Shown: in pieces, positions 48,861-60,356 of the stretch
Numbering within the stretch: the first letter of the stretch is position 1
Layout: the number at the start of each line of letters is the position of its first letter
NCBI GenBank assembly: GCA_002104905.1
Contig: MCFE01000263.1
Location: 1 to 64,000, forward strand
Direction of reading: 5' to 3'
DNA from: Basidiobolus meristosporus CBS 931.73
Taxonomy: Eukaryota > Fungi > Basidiobolomycota
DNA: 64,000 nt
Notes under the pieces: generated by a model
What the model was told of the DNA's origin: nothing
Seen by the model: the letters and a program-made list of their open reading frames with translations, nothing else
The model's database searches: none
Program-made: the position numbers and the translations under genes

Positions 48861-49810
48861 ATGTCATGGAGCAAGTCAGGTGCATTCTGCTTGGCCTTGA
48901 GTTCCCAATGGTCCCACAGTATACTGGTCTCAAGGTGTTGGTGTGCTAAACTTCTAACAGCCTTTTGAATGTTAGCCCACTCTCATCATTGCACTCAATG
49001 GCTTCATGGATCTCCAATGTCTTTTGATTTTTAGGCTTTGGTATACACTCTACATTTTGTTCCTCCTTTGCAGTAATAGGTTTTTCTGTGGGCTTTATCC
49101 TTGAGCACTGTTGTTGTGCTTCAAAGGCTGTACAGTGTTCCCCTGCTGTTACATTGGGAAATGGCTCAATTCTTGGATGTGATATTGAGCTACTAGAGTT
49201 CCTTCTTTGCGGTATAGATAATGCTTACTCAATATGGGATATTGATCTCTCTACATCTTTTGTCTGCTCATCCTGTTTCTCGACTATTTCCTGATCACTC
49301 TGGGCCATTGTATCTATCCTAGCAGCCACTGCATCTAATTGCCTCATTAATGCTTTGGTATAAGCTGAAAACATACTTGCTAATACTGGTAGTGGTGATG
49401 TTATGACAACTACTTGCTGGTCTCTGGCTGAAGGTAGTGCTCTTGCTACATTCTTATCTGCCACAGCAACTTGGCCAGCTTGTGGCTCTGCAGAGATTCC
49501 CAATAGCCAACTTAACTGAGAGCCTTAGAAGTGCACATTATTACCTTTAGTGGACACACTGTCCACTGAGTCTTTTTTAGTTGTAGCTCCGCTTGCTGCA
49601 CAGTATGTCAAAGCAAGCTGTTGTCTAACCATTCTTCTGCTGCTGTCAGTGGTGGTGTTTGGTTGGGAACCATGCAACTTTGCTTTATTTTTTGGCAGCA
49701 TATATATGGAAGTGAGTCAAACCAAAGGGGAAATGGTGTTACATATACAGATGTTTGTGGTGCCACAACTTTATTTATAATGCTCACTATGGCAGGTCAT
49801 CATTGAATCT
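48861..49810 (-). pseudogene. CACTA companion ORF relic, 5' half plus promoter region
   Basis: Homologous to 33050-33390 and 34130-34720, without the P5 insertion. Confidence 0.7.
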
Positions 49811-49825
49811 AACACTCCAGAGATT

Positions 49826-50270
49826 GGTAACTTGTCACAAAATGCATGGCATTTTCCTGGTCTACTGGTACTATCTGGCACTATATTTAAAATTAGCCCT
49901 AAAGTAAAACCTATACAAAGCACTTATAGTGCCATATAGTACCAGTGGACCAAGATAGTGCCATTCATGTTTGTGACATGATACAAGCCACAGGAGCTAG
50001 ATTCAGAGTGCCATGGGTATTGAGTACCAGATGCTTGTCTTCAGTCCTTCTGAGCTCTTACACATCCTGCACAACATTGATCCAAAAAAACGGTCAAAAA
50101 AATGGAATTTCTCCAGCATGGGGGTGAAATCCATGGGCTGCTTTGCATGAAGATGAGGAGCTATGCTTTACACTCTATTGCCAAGTTTAGGAATGCTATG
50201 CCTCTCTGGCACATTATGGCACTATTTGACACTCATGGTTCAATGTGGCACTATCCATCAGAGCAAGTCT
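49826..50270. mobile_element. Palindromic element P6, left arm truncated
   Basis: Inner hairpin plus full right arm ending CAAGTCT|ACT. Confidence 0.82.
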
Positions 50271-52753
50271 ACTGATGATTGGTCAAAATATTACTTGTGT
50301 GACAAAACATTATCCATGAGCCTTGTAATACTTGCTTTGCTGCCTGCATGCTTCATGGCTGAGAGGCTTGTTACAATAGCCACATGGTCTTTTTTCTCTT
50401 TTCCAATGGCATTGAATCAAAGTAGTCTTCTCCATGGGGCAAACAGCTTGACACTCAACAATGTTACGCTATTATAGCATTTTTCTGTTGATACTTGTGT
50501 GCATTTAAGAGAGTCTTGTATTTGAAACATTGCTCATATGTGAATGTAAAATTCAATGATGACCTGCCATAGTAAGCATTATGAATTAAGTTGTGGCACC
50601 GCATACACACATATATGTTTTTCTATTTCCACTTTGGTATGACTCACTTCCCTATATATGCTAACAATAAGTAAAGCAAAGTTATCTGGTTCCCAACTAA
50701 GCCCCACTGTTGACAGCAGCTGAAGAGTAGCTGGACAACAGCTTGCTTTGACATTCAGTGCAACAAGCAGGGCTGCATCCAAAAAAGGCCATGTGGACAG
50801 TGTGCCCACCAAAGGTAATAATGCAGACTCCTTGGGCTCTCAGTCAAGTAGGCAGATTAGAACCTCTACAGAACTGCAAGCTGACCATAATGCTCAGGCA
50901 CATGAGAATGGAGTAAATGCAGTACCCTCTGTTGAAGACCAGCAAATGGCCAACATAACATTACCACCACCCATATTGCAAGTATGTAGTCAGCTCATAC
51001 CAAAGCATTGATGAGGCAATTATGTGCAGTACCTGATAGGATACATGTTATGGCCCAGAGAAGTCATCCAATGTTCCTGAAACAGGATGAGCAAATACCC
51101 TAAATTTCCTAATGTAACAGCATAGGAACACCTTTCAATCTTTGAAGCACAACATTAGTGCCCAGAGATAGAGCCAACAGAAAAGCCTATCATAGAATGG
51201 GAGTGAGAGACTGTGGTGCTTATTCCCAAGCCTAAAAATCAAAAGACATTGAAGATCTGTGAAGCCATTAAGTGCAATGATGAAGTGTGGGCCAATATTC
51301 AAAGGCTGTTAGAAGTCTAACATAGCATAATCTTAAGGCCAGCATGCCATGGGAACATCAGGGACTCATGGCTAAGCAGAATGCATCTGACTTGTTCCAT
51401 GAGCTATATCCTAGATTCAAGCAAGCAAACAGATTTTGGGCCAGCATTTGTATGCTCAGAAGGTATCTCAAGAATAGCAGAAACTGTCAAAGGCAGAAAA
51501 CAAGGGTGCCACTGCTAAAAACCAGCAGCTTCCTCAAGAGCTTGTCACAAGCTTTGGCTGAAAGCTCTAAACAAGTAGTAAAGAAACATCAGATAGCTTG
51601 AGGAGTGCCAGTAAGGGACAGGCAGATAGAAACAGATGTATCAGTGGAGCATTTATCAAGGAGAAAATGTAGTTCATGACAAGAAACACTCAGTCACAGT
51701 AGCAGCAAAGGACCTTACATTGATAAAACCTGCAGCTTTCTCAGGCACTCATTACAAGCAGGGCTAATAGTCCCAGACAAGCAATAAAAAACATTAGGTA
51801 GTCAGTAGAGTGCAGGCAAGGGTCAAGCAGGCAAAAAGAGATGCTTCAGTACAGCATTCTTCAAGGAGAAAACAAAGTACAATGCAAGAAGCACTGATTT
51901 AAAGTAGCAGTGAAAGACTTGGCAGTAATAAAGGTAAGGGTAAAGAGAAAAACATTACCCAAGCCAGAGAGAGGGAAGTATGAGAGAAAAGCTGTAGTTT
52001 GCACCAGTTAATGCCATCAGCCCAGAATGGGCTGAATCTCCTCATAGACACAAAGAATGCCCAACAAGACAAAAGCTTTTTTCTCATAGGTTGGAAGCAC
52101 AGCCTGTTGACCTACACTCCAGTGAGGTAGATGAGTTTGCAGAGAAAAGCAATTTGTCCACCACTGCCTCCATTGTACACAGAGAAGAGATCCCACTGAC
52201 AGACAATGCAACAATGTCAAGTACTCAAAAGACTATCACAATGCCTGCAGGGGAATTTTGGGGCATTAATAGGCCACCAAGAGGTTGCAGCACTTCTTCA
52301 TGAGCAGTGCTCAAGAAAACTCACTTGAATATTGCAAGTATTTATTGCAAAGACTGGCAGATGAGGTACTAAACCTTGCAGTACAAGCTGAAGACCAGGA
52401 CATATAGGAGCCAGTGAATGTACAGCGGCATAAAGCTGCAGGATTCCTGCCAAAGTCATGGAAAAAGGGTGTTCTAATAGAAATATTTACTGAATGGTGG
52501 ATTCTAATAGTGTTACTGGTTGAGTGTGGGGTTGGGCTCAATGTTAGTTTTGGGTATAGGGACTTGTACGGGTCAATGCAATTATAATTGAGTTGTAACT
52601 GAAGCTTTAATTACTAATTTTTTTTAATTTGGGGTGCAACTATTTTTCAACAGTATTTACATGGTGTACTGACAGGATCAATATCTCTTAGACACATGAC
52701 TTTAACTTTGTGATGGCCTTTTGACAGGATCATCACAATTATTATTCATAGAG
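50271..52753. mobile_element. CACTA-like element: transposase 5' end (-), promoter, companion ORF (+), terminus ...TAGAG
   Basis: 50271-50700 is the reverse complement of about 34550-34990. ORF pieces PWEHQGLMAKQNASDLF...YLKNSRN. Terminal block matches 30110-30244. Confidence 0.72.
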
Positions 52754-54253
52754 TAATCAAAATTGGCATCCACTTAGATCAATCACAACTTTTGTTGTAG
52801 GTAAACAAATCTGATGAAATATACTGTATTGAACACCAGTTTCATTGGAAATTTGGTATAAGGCTCCAATATTTTAGTATTTTGAGGTGTAGAGCTTGGC
52901 AGTAACTTAATTAATGACAGTTTTCCAGACTTGTTCCATAGTTACTTAATACCACCAAGTGTTTTCTTCCACTGTAATAAATGATATATTAATCACAAGT
53001 ATAAAATATTATGTTTTCTAATGAGTGGCTCTTGGTTGCATATTGGCCAATTGTTGCTTTGCTATATACCCCAATCAGGCTTGCAATTGTTTGCTTCAAT
53101 CCTTTTGGCTGGCTGTATTACTTTCTTGAGTTGATTTTGCTAGACTGGTATAATACTTTCTCACATTGCTTTGATACTGATAGAGAGTGACAACATGTCT
53201 AACAGCTTCAACTCTTCCTCCTAGTACATTGGTTCTGGCATTAAAGTGCTTAACACAACTACAGCATTCTTCCAATCAATCATGAAGCCCATATCTGTAC
53301 TCCAGGTGGATATATATGTATTACTTGTCATCACAACTCTGCCAATTCAGGGAGCTTGTTTTTAGGATCTTCTTCCATTGATGGGTAGTCCAAATGGCAG
53401 CTAACAGCTCCAGAATTTGCATTCTCAGCCTTATTATGATTGGCAGCAGATTTAGGTAAAATCTACTTCCAGCAATCATTCAGTAATGATATATTTATTT
53501 TGCATTTCAGTAAAATAACCTATCAAACACTTGTCTGACAGTCAAGTGGGGCTATATGAGCACATATATCAGTATGTTACAACTTAGATCTGTATCCTCA
53601 ATTGCTGAAATTACATATTCTCCTTCATAGGTGGTAGAACATCATCATGTTATATTTCTTGACATATTTACATGACATTTAATTGACTCTTCTTCATAAC
53701 AAACTTGAGTACTTAGTAAGAGCAACTTTTGAAGGCAAGGCCTTCTTCTCTGCAGCAATACCCTCATGACTATAGTCCTTAAGCAGTGGTAGTCATCTTT
53801 GACTTTAGCAGAGGAATAGTGCCAAAAGTCTTCCTCCAGACTAGAAGCAGTAGATCTAAAAGTAAAGCTCACACCAAGAGGAAAGCAAGCTTGGTGCTCA
53901 TAACCTGTTGCAATATTCTGAGGAGTATCAGAAATGATGTGGAGAACAAGAGGATTTTCCTGCCATTCACTTGTAGATTTATTGATCAAAAGTATAGTAT
54001 TTATACTTTTGATAAAGTATGGCAAAAGACTGTGTAGAGTTTGCTAAGAGAAGTCCCAGTAATATGTGTGCAAAGTTTGGGGTTTTTTGGACAACTTTGA
54101 GAAATGGCATAATCTGGGTATCTCATATTTGGTGAAGATACTCTAAGTCAATCCCAACAAGAAATTTGGTTAGGGCAGATTGCTAATCATGAAATAAGAT
54201 CTATATGACTAAGCTAGCATAAAAATCTAGATGACAGCTTAACAATTACAACA
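52754..54253 (-). mobile_element. Second, 3'-truncated copy of the cargo-carrying copia-LTR element
   Basis: LTR 53906-54253, PBS GGTTATGAGCACC, then collinear with 42220-42862 plus 44106-44620 until cut by the CACTA end. Confidence 0.88.
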
Positions 54254-54605
54254 CTTTTGACCTTCGCTTAGAAAACCCAAGCCATTGCTGTTTGGTGGCA
54301 TATGTCCATCAGCAACCATCTTAAATACCCTTCAAATCCTCTAGGCGGTACAATGAAGCCGTGCACCGTATGAAATAAGTAAACCACCATCTGCACCCAC
54401 ACCAAGTAGGATCTGAAACCTCTCTATTAGCAATCCCCCGGGCCACAGACCATAGAAGTTTCATGAAGACACGTTAGATGGGATACCATGAGGAGATCAC
54501 AGTCGAAAGATAATAGCCGCGATAAGACAAAGAAGACCAAGAACATCCCAGGTGTGGAAAATTAACCAGGGAACTTTCTTGTCGCACAACGCTCCAACAG
54601 TAAGG

Positions 54606-55530
54606 TTAAGCTGGTTTGGATTTCGCGATTTCTATGTGAGGTTTGACTCGAAACACCAGCACGGAATATGCCCCCAACGAACCAATGGGTGATATAAGTA
54701 TGAGCACTTCAGGGCTCCTGTCCACTGCAAGCATCGTACTGGCTGCTGGAATCTGGCGGAGTAGTTGAAAGGCCTTTGCCATCAAATGATTCACCACTGG
54801 GATCAGGACGCTATACACTAACTGAAGGGCGAACTCGGCCAAGGAGGATCCATCAAATCGTGTAGCAGAAGGATTTGGTTGGGGCCTGGTGAATTGACAC
54901 CCGATTAAGGAGCAACAAATTGGAAGCAACCCCGAAGAGCCGAAGTAACCACAGTACTGAGATCAGGGGGCAAACGAGAAGGCAGCCTCAATCCCCCCCC
55001 CTCCAGCTCAAGATTGGTCGATGGCAAAGAAAACCGATTGATCGGCCAGAAATAGCGACAAATAGAATGTCTCCGAATGAACCCCTGTGACCCAAGAAAG
55101 CTAGCTAACCCTCAGGGTCCATGGCCAACATTTCTCTAAACCGTAGTCCACCGTGGTCAACCATCGTGTCAGATTCGACTGGTCCTTGACTAGATGCTAG
55201 CGTCTGTTCCATTGGATTAGGGGGCAGCAATCTTATCTGGAGCCAATCACCATCGAAACCTGCGGGGAACCGAAGTAACCCGACGTCTAGGTAGCAGAAT
55301 TCCAGCCCGATTTCCCCACACATGTCGCCAGCATTGTCAGCACACGCAGAGTGATCTAGGATTTGCACATCGGCAATGATCCAGGTTGACCTTCGAGCGC
55401 AAGGACACCGTTACCACCCATGGCCAGGTTGCACAACCGGACGGCCGATCGCATGGTCAGTTTGGTTGGGAGGCGAGGGTTCATGGAAAAGTGTGGGTTA
55501 ATACGTGACCGAAGGCGGATATTGCATGAT
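54606..55530 (-). CDS. Possible spliced hypothetical gene (unresolved)
   Basis: Two protein-like open stretches (55105-55400 and 54606-54929) in CpG-rich, non-repetitive DNA. No family motif and no confident splice model. Confidence 0.3.
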
Positions 55531-55895
55531 GAATAAGGGAAATTCAGGGAATGAAAAAATTTTGATCTTCCAACCATTCACTCCAATGTAGCTTTCGGAT
55601 CCGAATCTTATTGCTGAGCTGTCTTGGGCGGATGGCGGATGGTGGGTGGTGGATGGTGGATGGTGAATGGTAAATTCCATTGGATCCGTTTATCTGATTC
55701 GATTCCTCCTTGAATTTCCTCCATCCGCTTGTTTCCTTCCAGTCACTCTCCTTGCAGTTCTAGTGTAGCTATTCCATATCCCTAGTTACGAAGTTTGGAT
55801 TTCGCTTTCCAGCCCACAGGTTTGCCTTCACTGAGGCTTCCACCACCACCACGTTCCGACCTAACCCCTCCACCCTTCGTCAACCGTAGATTATT

Positions 55896-57167
55896 ATGGC
55901 CGAGACCGTTGTTACCCAAGTAAGAGAGCAAGGCGACACCTTCGCAAACATCATCACACAAGTCACCCCTATCGACCCAGATCAAGGAGGCTTCTTGTCG
56001 CACAAAGGTAAACTCGAGTTTCCCCTTGGTTTTCGGCGGAAGGCCAACCCTGCGTTGTTTTGAAGGAAGCCTGCCTTTCTCGTGCATCTCTATACCGAGG
56101 CGACTCAGATTTCTGACGTGTCATCTGGCCTGGTTGGGACGATGTATCCCGTTGGCATGGTCTCAACCTACACACTCCCCCTCCACCCTTATCGAGAACG
56201 GCGTGTAGACTAAACTGGCCCTCTTTTCGAACTTCCTACTAGATGTGGACCAGGAGCCCATCAGCTCACCTATCGTGATCTCCACTGAGGACGTTTTGTT
56301 GGTGTCGGAGCAACGCAACGAGCTGCTCGCCCTTCAAGTATGCCTTCACGCCCTCCAACTTTATCCCCTCCCCTTCGAACTTTGGCCTAAACCCTTGCTT
56401 CAACAGTCAGCGCTCGAGACACCAGGTAAAGACTTGCTGCCCCCTTTGGCACCCAAGGATGCCGGGAAGAAGTGTCTTGTATTAGACTTGGACGAAACCC
56501 TTGTGCACAGTTCCTTCAAGGTTGGTACCCTCCCGTGTGAACACTCCCCTACCGATACTAACCCATGCGTGCACCGCAGCCAGTGGCCGAGGCGGATTTC
56601 ATCATCCCTGTGGAGATCGAGGGCCAAACACACAGCGTGTACGTGGTCAAACGACCAGGCGTAGACGAGTTCATGAAGAGAGTCGGGGAATGCTATGAGG
56701 TGGTGGTCTTCACGGCAAGTCTGGCCAAGGTAATTTGGACGGGGGAGGAGATGCAGCGTATGTTGGAAGATGGTTAACCGTGTGTGTAGTATGCCGATCC
56801 GGTGCTCGACAAACTGGATATCCATGAGGTGGTGACCCACCGACTGTTCAGAGAAGCCTGCTACAACCACCGGGGAAACTACGTGAAGGTGAGTCGGGAA
56901 CCAACCTATCAACCGTCCCATCCGCGCCCAAACTAACCCGACCCCCAGAATTTGTCCCAGCTTGGACGAGACTTGCGGCAAGTGGTGATCATCGACAACT
57001 CGCCCGCCAGCTACATCTTCCATCCAACCAACGCAGTTCCCATCACCTCCTGGTTCGACGACCCACATGACACGGAACTAATAGATTTAGTCCCCTTTTT
57101 AGAAGACCTGAAAGATGCCGACAACGTCACATTAATCCTGGACAGCATAAGTAGCAACCCGAACTAA
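55896..57167 (+). CDS. PSR1: CTD small phosphatase / NIF-domain HAD phosphatase (Psr1/Psr2/CTDSP family), multi-exon
   Basis: [58 protein letters not shown] introns 56338-56406, 56521-56579, 56730-56789, 56889-56948. The 5' exons and start are tentative. Confidence 0.9.
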
Positions 57168-57822
57168 GCGCCCACCCGCACCTACCAACCAGCCACCCCT
57201 CCCACATATCCGTAATCCGTAGTGTGCGTTCCATGTCCTTAATTTTCTTTGTAAAACTACCTTTGGTTTGGTTGAGCCGCAACGCTTGGCCATGTTGATA
57301 CTAGTAAAACCCCAACGTTTGTACCACCTGGATTTCATATACCAGTTAGAACGCCTTCCTCCCAACCCTCCCCACGGAACCTTTGGGGACACCTAATATC
57401 ACCCTCCCCCCCCCCACACACACCGACCACAATAAAGTCCGACCAACCTTGTGGCAAACAAGGTTGTGTGAGGAAACCTGAGGCTTGTCCCCTAGCAACC
57501 GAGAGGTGAGGCAATTGGCAGCGAGACGACTTTCCAAGGACGGGTTGGCGTAGACCAATTAGAATCCGGGAGATGGAAGGGGATTTCGTTGAAGGCTGGG
57601 AATCGGGTAGCGAACATGCCAGAAACAAGTAGGCGAGATTTCCACCACTCATCGTGGAGGAAAAAAAAGACTCCCGAAAAAAAAACAATGCGGATTGGGT
57701 GGCCCAGAGGAGCGGCCATCTGGCCACTCGGCAAAACTACTGTTCTGTCGTCGGACACCCCGTTCAGGTCTACGTGGTTCAACTGTTTCTTTCGTTGGCT
57801 GATACTCCGGAAAGCAATAAAG

Positions 57823-59739
57823 ATGATGCAAGCACCTGTGATTGTTATGAGTTAGTGTCCTTTCGTATCGTTGCCCCGCCCCGAGAGCCGGGCCCCGGCG
57901 TGTGGAGCCACTTTGACTAACTCCGCCTTCCACTCCCTTTCCCCTCGATAGATACCAATACCCAGAGAGAGACTGGTAAAAAAGCCCAGATCTCCAACAT
58001 CACTGCAGCCAAGGTATCTATTCTTGTCCCCCGTCTCGGTTAACGTTGTCGCCGCAACCGTATTGACCCTGCTTAGACTGTAGCCGATGTCATTCGTACC
58101 TGCCTTGGGCCTCGTTCCATGCTCAAGATGCTTCTTGACCCCATGGGTGGTATTGTGCTTACCAACGACGGTAACGCTATCCTTCGTGAAGTCGAGGTCG
58201 CCCACCCCGCAGCCAAGAGTATGATTGAGCTTAGTCGCACCCAAGATGAGGAAGTTGGTGACGGTACCACCTCGGTCATTATCCTCGGTACGTAAGCCCT
58301 CTCCAAAATAGCCCCGCCCGCTCAACCTGACCCTTTCTCTCTAGCTGGTGAGGTTCTTGCCACCACCGCACCTTACCTCGAGCGTAACATCCACCCCATC
58401 GTCATCATCTCCGCCTTGAAGAAGGCCCTTGAGGACGCCATCGAGGTGGTTGACGAGGTCAGCCACCCAGTCGATGTCAACGACAGCAAGGAGATGTTGG
58501 ACCTTATCAAAGCCTCCATCGGCACCAAATTCGTCAGCCGCTGGAGTGAGTTGATGTGCCAGCTGGCCCTTGATGCCGTCAAGACCGTTGCCATCGAAGA
58601 CAACGGCAGACGTGAGGTCGACATCAAAAGATACGCCAGAGTCGAGAAGGTATGTTGCAACGCTGTTCATCGTGTATGCGAGCCACCCGTACTTATCCAC
58701 CACTCAACCGCAGATTCCTGGCGGTGAGATCGAGGAGTCCCGCGTCCTCGACGGAGTCATGGTCAACAAGGATGTCACCCACCCCAAGATGCGTCGCCAC
58801 ATCGAAAACCCCCGAGTCGTCCTCCTCGACTGCCCTCTCGAATACAAGAAGGGAGAGTCCCAAACCAACATCGAGATCACCAAGGAGGAGGACTGGAACC
58901 GCATCCTCCAAATCGAGGAGGAGCAAATCAAGGCATTGTGCGACAAGATCATCGAGGTCAAGCCGGACCTTGTCATCACCGAGAAGGGAGTCTCCGACCT
59001 TGCCCAGCACTACCTTCTCAAGGCCAACATCACCGCCATTCGCCGTGTCCGCAAGACCGACAACAACCGTATCGCCAGAGCCACCGGGGCCACCATCGTC
59101 AACCGCGTCGACGACCTGAAGGATTCCGATGTCGGTACCCAATGCGGTCTCTTCTCCATCGAGAAGATCGGTGATGAGTACTTCACCTTCATGACCAAGT
59201 GCCAGAACCCCAAGGCCTGCACCATTCTCCTCCGTGGCCCCTCGAAGGACGTTCTCAACGAGATCGAGCGTAATCTCCAGGATGCCATGTGCGTCGCGCG
59301 TAACGTGTACTTCAACCCCAACCTGGCACCAGGCGGTGGTGCTACCGAGATGGCCATCAGCGTCAAGTTGGCCCAGAAGGCCAAGACCTTGGAGGGGGTT
59401 GAGCAATGGCCCTACATGGCAGTCTCGGAGGCCATGGAGGTCATTCCACGCACACTGGTGCAGAACTGCGGTGGCAACGCCATCAAGGTGTTGACCCAGC
59501 TGAGAGCCAAGCATGCCAACGGAAACCACTCCTGGGGTATCGACGGCCATGCCGGCAAGGTGGTGGATATGCTGGAGTACGGAGTGTGGGAGCCCACCGC
59601 CGTCAAGGTGCAAACCATCAAAACCGCCATCGAGTCGGCCTGTCTGTTGCTCCGTGTCGACGACATCGTCTCTGGTGTCTCCAAGAAGCAACAGGGCGGT
59701 GCCGCGCCCGCACCCAACCCCGAACAGATGGAACAATAA
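57823..59739 (+). CDS. CCT3: T-complex protein 1 subunit gamma (chaperonin CCT3)
   Basis: Exons 57823-57850, 57952-58013, 58077-58287, 58345-58649, 58714-59739. MQAPVIVM start, TCLGPRSMLKM, GDGTTSV, LEYKKGESQT, LLRVDDIVSG. Confidence 0.96.
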
Positions 59740-60356
59740 GCTCTGTTAGCTCTAATACACTTATGTCCTTACTTCCTTTCTACAGATGTATTTTTTACTA
59801 GTTGAATCATTTCTTGTTTTGCACCCTTCTCTTCCAAAACGTACAATAAATAGGCAAGGTCTCGAAAACACATCGAAACATGCAGCACAGCTCCTCTTCC
59901 TCGCCGTTGTACAATCAACCACGGAATCCCATCGAAACACGCAGCACGCCCTGAGCCACAGCCACCCGCGGTTGCGTCATGGGTTTCAGCTCGGTTTGTG
60001 GCTCATCCCTCACAATCAGCCTTAATCTCCTAGAATGCAGCCCTCATGGTCGACAGAATGGTCTCAACCTGCGGCAAGGGAGATGGCCCAGAGGGATAAT
60101 GGATGCATCAGCGGATGTTACTGCACCCGGCATCCAATTGTTCGAGCATCGGAGCCAACCTCCGATCAATCCAGTTTTGAATCCAAGACACACTAGAAAT
60201 AGAAGGCCCACCATCAGATTGCAATCAACATTCAGTCTCTTTTGTCTCCAACTAGATTCGGCCCCTTTTTACTCGAAGCACCCCACCAAAGTTAGGCTAG
60301 TGTTACGGTTGATCAAGCAGCCGACATATCTCTTCTATTCGTCGATTCTCTCCAGC

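Noticed and set aside
52927-52939. AGACTTGTTCCAT identical to the palindrome terminus
   Set aside because: It falls in the cargo ORF in register with the other copy, has no partner end or TSD, and nothing follows it; a coincidental match.
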